Shown: in pieces, positions 36,330 through 48,799 of the stretch
How the letters are laid out: every line of letters begins with the position of its first letter
Position numbering within the stretch: position 1 is the first letter of the stretch
NCBI GenBank assembly: GCA_040285825.1
Contig: JAUPSS010000010.1
Coordinates: 372,001-436,000 of the forward strand
Direction: 5' to 3'
Length of the DNA stretch: 64,000 nt
Origin: Eukaryota sp. TZLM1-RC
Taxonomy: Eukaryota > Protista > Metamonada: BaSk clade
Notes under the pieces: model-generated
Databases searched by the model: none
Told to the model about the DNA's origin: nothing
Seen by the model: the letters and a program-made list of their open reading frames with translations, nothing else
Position numbers and translations under genes: made by a program

Positions 36330-37630
36330 CAAAAAAACCTGAGAAAGACAAATATGTTCCAAGATATGTTCCAAGAGTTAAAATGTTCCAAATTCCAGAC
36401 CATGCTTACCTTAGTCCACATTATGGCGGTTTAGGGTGGACGAAGGCTTCTATTCTTACCTCGTGTGCTTTTGTTGGAGGATGGAGAAATGCAATCTTTG
36501 AGTTTTCCGAAAGATTTGCAGATTGGGAAGATTTATTGATGACAACGCAAAGTTCCACTGTTTTTGCATTAAATGAAGAAATTTCAAAAATTGATGCAGA
36601 AAGATGGGGTCGATGTTTTCCCCAATCATTCAATGGCAATATTCCAGAAAAAAATGTTTTAAATTTGAAGTACACTCTTCGAACATTACAGAAACGATTG
36701 ACTGGAGTGTATGAAAATGATCTTTATAATAATATATGCAGCTCGGCTGTTTTAAATCAAGATCTTCACTCATTGTTATTGGAAAAGGGTGTTTGTGAAA
36801 ACCAGTCATCAGATTCTTCACTTTTTGTAACCATTGTACCACGAAGATTTGGATTGTGTGCCACTAATGAAGCATTTGTAACAAAAATGAGATTATATTT
36901 AAATATCCCCATTAATCAATTATTATCAAAAGAAAAATGTATTTGTTCGAATTCACCTCAACTCACTTTGCGCCATGCTCTGAATTGTTCTAAATTGATA
37001 ACTTATCGTTCTTCACTACATGATGCTGTTAGAGACACTGTTTTCAATATGGCACAAACTGCAAGGATATCGTGTATCAAAGAGCCCCTGCTGAAGGAAA
37101 CACTTTCTCTGAATAATTTTGGTTCTGATGATAGAGGTGATGTATACTGTGATTGGATTGATAATTCTGAAGCTATTGTTGACTTTGTCTCATGTAATGT
37201 TGCAATTGATACTTTGGTTCACAGAAGAAAACTTAATCCTGTGGCTGCTCTGGATTTCAAAGCAAAAGAGAAATATAGAAAACATGATAAAGATATTGAA
37301 GAGGCTAATGTCGATAGAAATACACAGCTGGTTTTTATTGCTTTCCCATTTTCGATAAATGGAAGATTATTAGTTGAAGCAGAAACTTTTTTGAATGACT
37401 TCCAAAAAATTGTGCAAGAAAAAACAGTGAAAAGCTTTGATATTTTTTTATGGCGTTCACGGATTCAATTTGCCATTATTAATAGATTACCACGGTTTTT
37501 CAATCGAATAAGAGAAGCTTTAGCTAGACAGCAAGCAGATCAAGATTTTGTAGAGGAAATCTTGGTTCAATGATAGTCGTCCCAATAGTTATGAGTAAAT
37601 TTAATTAAGTGTGCAAATTCAATAAATATT
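36330..37630 (+). mobile_element. 5'-truncated RLE-type (CRE-like) non-LTR retrotransposon, family R1
   Basis: GGLG post-RT motif, CICS..HALNC zinc finger, HDAVRD, EP, RGD..D..K endonuclease motifs and a 3' AATAAA. Confidence 0.8.
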
Positions 37631-37639
37631 AAAAAGAAA

Positions 37640-38700
37640 TTCCCACCCCATCACTTCCAAATTTTCGTTTTTGCATGAAAAAGCTTCAGCACCATCTGGT
37701 TAAATTATACGAAGGCTTGGATTATGAAGTAAGACTTGGCTTGGCCAAAACTAAAAATCCCGCTTTCGGTAATTTTTTAAAGGATATTCGTGATAGCTTT
37801 GTTGCTGCTTTAGTAACTCAAATTCCCTTTGTTTAGGGACTTTTGTTAAAAAACAATGAAAGGCTTTTAAACATGCGTTTTCGTTGTTTTCTGTGGCCAA
37901 ACAATTTGCCGCATCATTTAACTTGTAAATGTGGTAAACCTCTTTTGTTTACTCATTTTTTGAACTGTAAACATTTTATTACATTTAGAAGCAATGTGCA
38001 TAATAACGTCAGGGACCAAATTTATGTAATGTGCAAATCATATCGAGTAAATTCCTTTTTAGAACCGCTGTTATCAAAATTAATTCTTGATGATCCCAAT
38101 ATTGATAGTACGCGCTACAACAGAGCTTCTATGGGTCTGACAAGAGGTGATCTAGTTGTTCCCGGTTTAAATGGTAGTTTTACTATTTTAGACGCCATGT
38201 CTGTTGACCCTTGTAATTCCTCTCTATGAACATCAACGTTCCTCTTTAACGAACATCTCATTAATTCGGATGTAAATAATCCTCTTTTTGCAGGCGAAAA
38301 ATATAAAATTGCTAAATATGCGAAACACATTTCCTCGATTAATGAAAATTCTCATGCCCAATATAATTTATGCCCCTTTGTTTTTTCTTTGCTTGGATCA
38401 TTGGGTGAGGCTGCTATGGATTTCCTTGAGGATTTTGTTGTAGTTGTAAAGGAAAGAACTGGAAGAATTTTCAACCGTGTTTACTGGCAAAACAGGATTG
38501 TATTTTCTATTTTTAAGGGAATGGTAAAACTGATTTCTGATTCAGAAAATTTCCCAAAAGAAGACTGTGAATCTTTGGCAATTAATTGTTTTGATGTAGG
38601 GGAGGCAGGTTTTGAGGATGTGGAGTTTTAATTGTGTATTTTCTGTTTTCATATTGGTTGTTGAATAAATATTAAAAATTCCAAAAATTTTGCTCATTTT
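37640..38700 (+). mobile_element. 5'-truncated RLE-type non-LTR retrotransposon, family R2
   Basis: CKCG..HFLNC, HNNVRD, EPLL, RGDL..ILD, K..KY, PFVFSLLGSLG. Confidence 0.8.
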
Positions 38701-38789
38701 ATAAATGAAATTGGTTGAATTATTTGTAATATTATTCAAAAGTGTGTATTTATCTGATTTATTACTGCTACTACGTTTTTATCACGTTT

Positions 38790-41700
38790 TTTGCCTCCCT
38801 GACGCTTTTTAGAACACGGCCTCCTCACTATTATAAAACATTTCTCTTCAGGATGTTTATTGGTTTTGCATAAGCTACACCATTGCTATGACGGGTTGGG
38901 TCGACTAATCACTCTAGGTTTCTTGAAAGGACCTTTCAACTGGCTCCTTCTTTTTTGCGCAGGAGCGTGAATACCAAAAGCTGTTCTGATCAAGTTAATG
39001 TCTTTGATTGAGGATTCTAGGCTATTAACCTTATTTACAAACGCGTTACCTAAATCGTAAATTGCATCACCCAGTTTCTCATTACTACAATTAAACTTTT
39101 CAATCCAAATGATAAATGTACCCATCAATTGGTTGTTCGTTTTATCATTAATGGTCTCAAGAAATCTCTTGGCTGGGTAGACAACTGACGGATTACCATC
39201 CGTTCCGGGCATAATTGTAGAGTGTCTAATTATATAGATAATTTGCTCTATGAAAGCCGTCCACGAAGATTCAGCGCTCATTCTACAACTGACCTCGGGT
39301 GGTCTTACAGACCTCACGGCTTTTTCAACATCGGTTGGGTATTTGTACTGGGTGCTAATAAGCAAATAATCCCAGATATCGGCATCAGATGGGTTGTTGC
39401 CTAACACATTCGTTCGGCCTCCATAAAATCTTTGCCATTCTGCGTTGACCTTACCCTCGATCATAAACCTCAAATATTGAGGGTCTACTTCGAAAAACAT
39501 TGATCTAACGAAGTCGTACTGATGAACAGGTTGACCGCATTTGGTGATCGGTGTAAATGCTCTGGTGGGTTCATCGCGATGCCTAACCGTTTTTGCCCAA
39601 TTGCCAGAAGTTAATAACGAAGTCAAAGATGTTCTTGGCGTCAAACGCTTCATTTCACTTAACTAGACATTTGAGTTTGTCGATTATTCTTTTCCTCAAT
39701 TTCTCCTCGTCTGTCACAGGTGTTCTATAAAGACCGAGGGTGTCGACGAGAGAATCTCTAGGAGCATTTGTTCCTAGGGGTTGCGTGGGTATAGATGGAT
39801 TGACAACAGATGCTTTTGTAGGAGTTGCTTCACAGGAAGCTTTCCTGGATGCCAGAGGTCCTACCTACAGAAAGTGTACTATATATATTCATATTCCGCT
39901 CTTCTGAAGGCAATGTTTCGCTCAACTTTATGATGAATTTTGTCTTAGGATGTTCCCGCTGCACTGGTATAGTTTGAGCTGGTGGCCTTAAGTCCACCCA
40001 ATCTGGTGCATTTTTAAATCCTCTAGGGACCCCCAGCTAATTTGTAATCATATGGAAGGCAACTGCTTTTTATTAAGACATTTTCAAAAACATTTTGGTT
40101 GGGCCAGCTATCAACCCATACCTTAAGTTTTGCCATCCATGCATCGAAATAAACTAATTTTAGCTTGTTAGGGCCAACACGTTGCTCTTTCAATTCAATT
40201 ACCATAGTGCCTATTTCTCTAACGTATCACTCTTTGGCATGAAATTGAAGAGTGTCACCCCGAGATTCACCGAATCTGCCCCCAAGCATAAGTAAAATGT
40301 CCGCAATGGAATCTTTTGGGTGAACGTTCTCCACAAGAAAATGCCTTACGACACCTCTAAGGTTTCTACCTTTTTGGTTATGAGGGTTTTTTTTGCTATC
40401 CAAAATAACCTGTCGTTAGCATCCTGATTCCCACTAAAATATATTTTGTGGTCATCAATCGCATCCCTATGCCATTTGGCAGGTTTGGGAGTAGCAGCGT
40501 GATACTTTGAACGAGAAGCGCTAAAATAGCAATCCTCGACTGTATTTATTCCACACGAGACTACCGAATCAGTTAGATCATCCAATTTCTTTAAAAGATT
40601 AGGACTTTGATCATAACTTTCGTAAACGACATCGTCAAGTGTTTTGCCGTGGGCTTCCCCAAAGAGGAAGGGCCAGCCTTTAGCTAAATAATTGCGGCTG
40701 GCCTTCCCACTTTCGGCTGGATCGACGTCTCCCAAAAGACGTTCTGCCTCATTCTCAGCGAATTTTAGTAACTCATCTTTACTCCAATCCATTACATCCT
40801 CGGGAGGATTGGCGATGAGGTCCAATAGGAAATTCCTAGTAAGTAAGAGCCTCAACTGCCATAGCCAGTTTCCTATGGAAAAATCTTTGAAAGGTCCTTT
40901 CCGTAGAATAAAACCTGGAATTGGGTTGGGAGGGTTGGGTGTATGAGGAGGTTTATCATCACTTTCGTCTCCTTTCCTGCTGTTGTCCAACTTTTAAGTT
41001 CCTTTGAAATCACTTCGAGGTACCTCACCTGAGATGGTGTCAGAAGTGGGTGAGGAGGGAGTCTTATGTGAAGAACCAGTCGTGGACTGTTGTTCGCCTT
41101 CACCTCCTTCACCTTCTGTACAAACGTTAGAGTTGTTTGTGTTTGCTAACGTTTGGTATTTCCGTTGCTCGCTTGGAGTGAAAAAACTCTTCCTACAAGG
41201 AAGGGGTCCAAAGAGTTGTTCGGATAGGTGTACAGCTCTGTAAAATCATCAACGTGGTTACCACTTTCCTTATTGGGCAGGTGACTTCCTTTCTGAGAAG
41301 TATGGCTCTTCTCAGCGGGAGGTTCACTCTCCTGAGGAGAATTACTTTTTTCAATAGAAGAACTCTTTTTGTGAGAAGAATTACTCTTCCCGGAGGAAGG
41401 ACTACTCTCCTGAGTAGGAGGATTACTCTCCTTTTCAGGAGGATTGCTGTTAAAGTCCTGGCCGACTGAGCCATTAATTAATGATGCTGTAAGGTTAGAC
41501 ATATACAATAACAGGATAGAGATAAGAATGTTTATTAAAATTCACTGGCCCTTATAAAGGCCATCACCAGGAAAGTTTATACTAGACTAATTGTCCACAG
41601 TACAACATACCATCCTTTGACAGTGGATCAATTTGTCTTTGGAGACTGCTAGCTATGCTCATATATATTGCTCTCCTAGAGGATTGGAGGTTCTCGAAAC

Positions 41701-41940
41701 ACGTAAATCTGTCAGAGGAAGTTGTTCTTTCAGGAGATTGAGGGGAAGCTGCTTTTTCAACAGCTGGTTTCTCAAATTTCACCCCTCATAGGTTGGAAGG
41801 AAGTTGGTTCATCCTGTTGTACAGTGTTTTGTCTCTCTACAATTTTAGAGACGTTCACTGTTGAAACGTGATTTGGTATGCTGTTAATAGAACAAACTTG
41901 TAAGGGTTGGCTTTTCTCTGTTACAAGAGGAGCCACAACT
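38790..41940 (-). mobile_element. gag: Divergent Gypsy-like element (family C): leader ORFs and gag with zinc knuckle
   Basis: ORF 38886-39653 aligns weakly with family-A gag (PVHQYDF/PIHEWDL; IWDYLL..TQY/IWEQIL..TQF; W..F..RHST/W..F..TRST). Reading past the TAG gives CSLCKTNKHPEEKC (38838-38879). Confidence 0.65.
41270..41450 (-). repeat. Degenerate 21-bp coding tandem repeat (7-aa S/P/K/E units)
   Basis: SNPPEKE/SNPPTQE/SSPSSGK/SNSSHKK/SSSIEK/SNSPQE in ORF 41146-41508. Confidence 0.6.
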
Positions 41941-42053
41941 GGTAATTAAGTTTGAATAGTTTGATTTAGTTAGTTTAGTAGTTTGAAGATTCAGAGTGGT
42001 TTCCAAAGATACAAAGTCTTAATTTGTTTTGGAATCATTTCATTCATTCAAAT

Positions 42054-42193
42054 TGTTAGTCTTGAATAGTATTTATAGCTTAGTTTATTTAGTATCCGCC
42101 TCATAGTATAAGAAGAGAGAATGCAATTCCTCTTCGTAATGAATTTCATTACATTTACATTGTATGTCGCAATCTAACGAGCAAAGACCATCA
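42054..42193 (+). repeat. 5' LTR (140 bp)
   Basis: TGTTAGTCTTG...AAAGACCATCA, imperfect terminal inverted repeat. Confidence 0.9.
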
Positions 42194-42417
42194 ATACGTA
42201 TTGGGTCGCCAGAGGCTCAACGCAGGATCCTTGAAGAAGAGACTGGTCCCTCTTCTTCTCAACTAACCGCAGACCAAGCTACCGTGCCCCCAGTAGAAGC
42301 TTCTGTGCTTCCTGAAGCTCCTTTTCCTGAGGGTTCTACCCCAAAGGAAGATAGCTTTCCTCCAGAGGAATCCGTTCCTATGGAAGGAAGTTCCCCTCCT
42401 CAGGAGACTGTTTCTGT

Positions 42418-42532
42418 GGAAGGAGATATCCCTCCCAAGGATTCTACTCCTTCGGGAGGAGACAACTCTCCCAAGGATTCTGTTCCTTGGAGAGGAGACA
42501 ACCCTCCCAAGGATTCTACTCCTTCGGAAGGA
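42418..42532 (+). repeat. 36-bp coding tandem repeat x3 (GD.PPKDSTPS)
   Basis: GGAGA..A.CCTCCCAAGGATTCT...CCTT repeated three times. Confidence 0.75.
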
Positions 42533-45500
42533 AGAAGTCCTTCGTTGGTCTCCTATGACGACGAGGACGTTGAGCAATTCGAAGCTCCTCACCCTTCTTC
42601 ACCTAGGGAATCTGAAGTCTCACCTTCTCCCCACCCTCATAGAAGTTCCGAAGTGCCAACTTCATCTTCTACCCAAAGCATAGAGCCAGTTCAACTTCTC
42701 CATGCTACTAAAGAAGGGACTGGAGTTCAACCTTCTTCTTCTCAAAAGGACTCTGAAGTTCCAACTTCATCTCCTAAACCTGTATCTGAGGTCCCATCCT
42801 CTCACTAACTTCCCTCAGTTCCTACTGTGAGAAAGTCTAGTCAAATTCCTGTTGTCCCAGCCCCAGGATCTTCTCTCACTTCAACAGCAGTGAGTGGAGT
42901 TAATAATCTGTCTGTCTCACCTCCCCAGGCTAGAGATTCCACTCCTAGCGCCTCGAACCTTCCTTCGTATCTTTCTGAAGAGCAAAGGAAAAGGTACGAA
43001 CACATCTTTTCAGACTTGGTGGATTATGAGGAACCTTCCAAGGAATTCTCCTCTCTAACTCATCCTCAGGTCCCTCCTACGGCACCTTCATCTGAAATTG
43101 ACAAAGTTACTGGTGAGGTCTCTAAAGAATATTTAAAGCGTCACTTTCGTGAGCAACGCAACTGGAGACACAGAGAAAGACTTGACGGGATGATTCAAGC
43201 TAGAAGAGGAACATCCTCTACACCTGCTCAATCCACTCCCACCCAAACTAGCTACCACGCTAGCTCAAGTGTTCATCACGGTGCTTCCCGTCAGCACAAT
43301 CTTTATGTAGGTGATAGGGATCCACAGATCATTCCAGAGGACCCAGAAGCCATCCCTCCCACGGAGATGAGCAACAAACGTCCTCCTTTCTACGGTCCTA
43401 GAGTCGAGAACGACTTAGGATTATGGATTAATCCCAGAATTGGTCCATATCTCACCGATGAAAGGATCACCCCACAATCTTCCAGGAATGACCCTGAACC
43501 TACTTATGACCCTAGACCCGGAGTAAGGTTCATGAGAACAACACGAGATCTGGAAATCTCCAAAGAGCTCTCCAGCTCGTCACTGTCTTCCCTGGTTGCA
43601 TAGAATCCAGGATGTTAAAGTGATTTATGGTTGAAGGTCGCATTGAAAAGACACGCTTGGTTCAACCAGCGATTTCTTCACATCAGGTTCCAGCCCAGAT
43701 TGAAGAAACTGAACCTTCCCCTGAATCTCATCAAAGAGAAGCTCCATCTTCCGTTAACCAACCTATGGAGACTTCTGCTGAACCCATTGAACCATCACAA
43801 TCTCCTATGGAAACTGATGAAATTCCTTCTATGGATACCTCTAACCAATCTGCCATGGATCAAGCCGACGACGACGTTATCACTGTGAGTAGCGAGTCAC
43901 CTACTTCTACCACATCAACTGATGCGGTTCGCGCCCCCATTACCCCTGTCAGTCGAGCTCCTCATCAACAACCTACTCCTTCCACGATAGGCTCTGTCTC
44001 ATCAACCTCTTCTCATCAATCACCATTCTCGGGCACGTACGAGGGTAGCATTCTCCTTTCTTCTATGATCGGATCAAAAGATCGAGACGACAGACGTAGG
44101 GACCGTCCCAAACGTCCATATTTCGAAGCTGCCGATTTAAGAGATGCTGATAAACTTTTTAAGTTTGTCAACAAATTCATTCTCTGGAGCCGTACCGATC
44201 GAGTTCTAAGAGAAACTAGACGCAATGTTGAGGATCTAGCTCAGATAGCTCTAGCTAACGAAGTTGCCAGACTTCGTGATGAACTTGAACAAGCTAGAGA
44301 AGGTTCTCAACCATTGTCAGATGAGTATTTTGGAAACATCACTGGAGAACCAGTTCATGAATGGGACTTGTTCCGCCAAGCAATGAGGATCAACCCCCGA
44401 GGCCTCGCTGAATGTGTAACCCCAGAGGTGCTAAATGCCTTAGATACCAAGGTTCCCACCTGGTTATCTCATCTCCTACGGTTACCACACCTAGAGACGA
44501 ACGCATTATTTGGGCTCAAATTTTGAGAGGAACACAATTCAGCAGACTGGATGAGGCAAATCGAGCTCTCCTCGCAACAAACATGGACTGGACTGAAAGA
44601 GATTATGGTAATAGATGGATTGACTTCATGGTCAACATTGGCAGAGTTCTGACTCGCTCCACCGCCATTCAAAAGTTTAGGGGCATCTCTCAACAATTGA
44701 GAAAATTCTCCATAAGCTCCACTCCTCCAGATGACAGACTTCCTAACTGGGTAGTTGCTACTCACGTCTCAGAAAGCATTGATATTGTTTAGTATTAGAG
44801 ACAGACTCCTCAGGATCTGGTCCTCTCCTTCCCATTACTCATACGATGGACATACCCTCGGCGAATTCTTCAGTGTTTCCCAAATTGAATACGAGAATTT
44901 TTGTAACGCAAAATCGTTCATGGAACAGCTGAACCATGTCGATTTCACCTATCGGAACCAAATAACTCACCAGCAGGCCTCTCGCCGACCTCCTACGGTC
45001 GTTCCCTCCCCACCTGACATTCCCAGACCACGAGGTTCTGGTCCAGGTAAACGCCCTAAACAAAACAAGAGAGAAGGAAGCTTACCACAATCGTTTTCCC
45101 AGGCCGCTGATGTCCAATGCAACTTCTGTAAGCAAAAGGGTCATCCGACTGAAAGGTGCCCTAGCGAAGACTGCCAAAGAAGCAAGAAGTGGAGAGAGCA
45201 ACAAGCTCAACAACAATCTCGAGGCAGAGGTTCTAGAGGTTCTGGTTTCCGTTGCAGAAGAGGTACTCGCGGCAGAGGCAGAGGCTTTTCATCCTATAAT
45301 AAACGTTCCCGTCACTATTTATGTACTTTAGAAAACATACCCCCTACAACAACAACACAACCACACACAGAAAGCTCAGCATGGAAAGTTTCCCTAATTA
45401 ATCCACTTGCCAACATGGAACCTACCAAGACACCCAACAACCAGGCTAACTTCTCAAAACAGGCCGAACTAACTGGACATGATTCTGATACAATTTTTAT

Positions 45501-48500
45501 GGTGCAATCCATGAATCACAAGTGCCTACAATTAAACTTCTTGATCAACAATGTCGAAGTTAAAAGCATCATCGACTCTGGTGCAACCTGCTCAGTAGTG
45601 ACAGAAGACGTCATCAGCAAATGTAACATGGCACGTTCTAACGAAACCATATCCTACAAAATTGCTGATGGAACCACCTCACAGTCCCTTGGTACTGTTT
45701 CTGGAACCCTTAGCATTAGACTAGGCTGTGTTACCCAGATTGTACATGTGAAACACAAGTTCAGCATCATTTCTGGACATGAGACCATTCTCATTGGCGC
45801 TGACTTGTTGAGTCACCTAGGGCTGATGAACAACAAGGGCGTATACATTAGGATGGACGACGCCTGGCGTACATTACCATTACCTGAAACCGAATTCGAT
45901 CATCGAATATCACAAGCTTCAGAAGTCGTCAACGTTTCCACACGTTGGTTGGAACACATCAACTCATCTGGTTGTACCATCAACCTCGACAACGACCATT
46001 TCAAGAAGTCCCTACTTCATACATTAAAAGAGTTCTAAGACGTATTTACCTTAAAGCCGCATGCTGATGGTATTGATTGTCCTTCTATGGAAATCAACTT
46101 CTACAACGAAGACGTCAGAGTTAGAAGACCCCCCAGGACCCTGAATCCAGCCAGACTAGAGGTTGCTAACCAAATTTTCGATAAACATGTAGACTCAGGA
46201 TTTGCTGTTCCATCGAACCGTGAGTTCAGCTCCCTTGTTTGTCTAGTAATCTACCCAGATCACCGTAAGCCCCGCCTTACTGGTGACTATAGTGGCAAGG
46301 ACGGACTCAACGCCAACACCATTCCTGTTGAGCCCAACCTCCCAAGGATCTCCGACGTGCTGGTATTTCTTTCCCAAGCGAACTACATAGGCACCCTTGA
46401 CCTCCCCAAAGCCTTTTGGCAACTCAAAATTGCTGAAAAGGACTGGCAGAAAACAGCTTTGAGCATTCCCGGCAAAAGTATCATGTTCAAACGTGCAGCT
46501 TTTGGCCTAAAGAATGTCCCAGCCGTTTTCCAAAACGTCATGGCTGACATCTTCTCTGGAGACCGTGTCTTCATCTACATAGATGACATCATAATCATAG
46601 GTTCAACCTTTGACGAATTCATTGAACGCCTCCGTCGCGTCCTTGATCAAGCCAGATGCAAAACAGTTTCCTTGGGACTTCCAAAGTGCCATTTCGTGTC
46701 TTCCAAACACCCAATCAAGATACTGGGCAGTGTTTTCCAAAACCAACAACGGACTATCGATCCCACTCGTGTTGAATCTTTGTTGAATCTACCTAGACCA
46801 AAGACAATCAAAGACGTCCGCAGCCTCGTAAGATCAGTCAACTTCATTAGAGAATGGCTTCCTCAGGTATCTGAGCTCATCGCTCCTATCATCAGATTGA
46901 CTAAGAAGGATCCTGCTCATGTTAACTCTAAGTGGTTTTGAAAACTACTTGAAAGGAAGGAAACTGGTCATATTCACAGACCATCAAAACCTTACCTACA
47001 TGTTCACGGCTCCTGAGAAGAACAGAATTGTAACCAGATGGTTACCCATATTTTCCGAATTCTTCTTTGATTTGGTACATACCAAAGGGGAAGATAACTT
47101 CTGGGCTGATATGTTGTCTCGAATAGTTCCGCCTATAGACCATCAAGAGATCAATCATTTGTCCCATCAAACGTTTCCAAATTTTCATCCAATATTTTAC
47201 ATCGATAAAATTGATGGAACAGAAAATGAAAGATACTACATCGAAGACTTAAACAACTTCGAACGTATCATGGTCATCAGAGAACGATGTTCCAACGACC
47301 TGCCTATTTTCGAGCCATGGCTCTGTAGGATTAGGTCCGAACAGAAGCTTGCCATAGCTTCCAAAGACCCCTCTTTCAACAACTGTGTTCATAACAATAA
47401 CCGTGATTTATATATGATGCACGACAACAAGATAGTGATTCCCAAATCACTCATTAAGGACACCCTTAACTTGTTGCATGGACTTCTGCAAGGAGGCCAC
47501 CCAAGCAAAGCTGAAAGCCTGAACAAGCTCAGGAATAGCGATTATTGGTGGCCAAACATGCTCACCGACATGAATAAGCACGTCCAAGAATGCCCCTCCT
47601 GTCAGAAAACTAAGCCAGTTCCCAAACTGCATGTTCCCCCAACCGGTTCACTGTGGGCTGACAGACCTTTTGCTCGCGTCAACGACGACGTTATAGGTCC
47701 TCTTCCAGAAGATCAAGAAGGCTACAAAAACATCCTCGTATCAATTGACAGCTTTTCTAGGTTTACGATCATCGTGCCTTTAAAAGAAATAAATGCCAAT
47801 CTCACTACAGATGCATTAATCTGGAAAGTCTGTGCCATCTTTGGTATACACTTTCAAATCCACAGCGATAATGGACCCGAATTTTCCAAGGCTGTCTTCG
47901 ACGAACTAAGCAAATTTTTAGGCATAGAGGTGTCAAAGTCAATTCCTAGGTTCTTTTAGTCCAACGGCTTGGTAGAACGCCGACACAGAGTCATCCTGCA
48001 AGACATACGGAAATTGCTCGTAGAGTTCAACGACTACGATGTGTGGTCCGAATATTTGCCTTGTGTGCAATCACTAATCAACTCTTTCAACAGCTCGATA
48101 ACAAACCACACCCCATACCAAGTGATCTTTGGGTCTGATGTGTCTCCTAAATCTGACCCTGGTAAAATTCTTGAAATCATTGAAAGCTCGACGTCTGAGT
48201 CATCTTTTATTCAAGAAATTTAATCTAAATTTCGAAGGTTGAAAGAAAAACAGGAAAAGGCAGCACAATATCAAGCTTTCAAAGCTTCCAAGCTGACAAG
48301 ATCTACGACTCCAAACCCTTTTGAAGTTGGTCAATTGGTATTGAGAGCTTCTGGCTCTTCAGCTAAGCTTCATGGAGATTATTTAGGACCCTTTCTAATA
48401 AACGAAATTGTATCTAATTCGTCTGGGAATATTAAGAATCCCTGCACCGGTACAACCGTCCAAGCTAGCGTCAAACATTTAGCACCATGACATTCAAGAT

Positions 48501-48799
48501 TGCCTGCCAACGATGAGTTCCATTCATGGGTTGCTGCAGGTGATGTCGAAGAACACATCATAGAAAAAGTGCCCAGTCAAGACGGTAACTTTTGCCAAGT
48601 GCAATGGCATGGAAAAGAGATCACCACCGAACACATATCTACAGTCCAAAATACCGCCGCGTATAAAGACTTCATCAAGACTTCGAAAGCACGTAACTGT
48701 ACTAAAACCGCTCCTGCCAAAAAGCGTTCCAATATTAGTACCTCACCTCCAATGACCAGAGCTTCTAGGGCTCGTCGCTCGAAAAAGAGGAAAATGCAG

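Noticed and set aside
42164-42193. gag start codon located inside the 5' LTR
   Set aside because: The ATG is part of GTATGT and is AAG (TAAGT) in the 3941 and 59149 LTRs, which fits a splice-donor-like motif better than a conserved initiator.
42202-42215. Classical tRNA PBS starting at the TGG 8 nt after the LTR
   Set aside because: The downstream bases differ among elements (TGGGTCGCC, TGGATCCAC, TGGTCCTCA), the spacing is atypical, and I recognise no matching tRNA end. A host tRNA search is still needed to exclude it formally.
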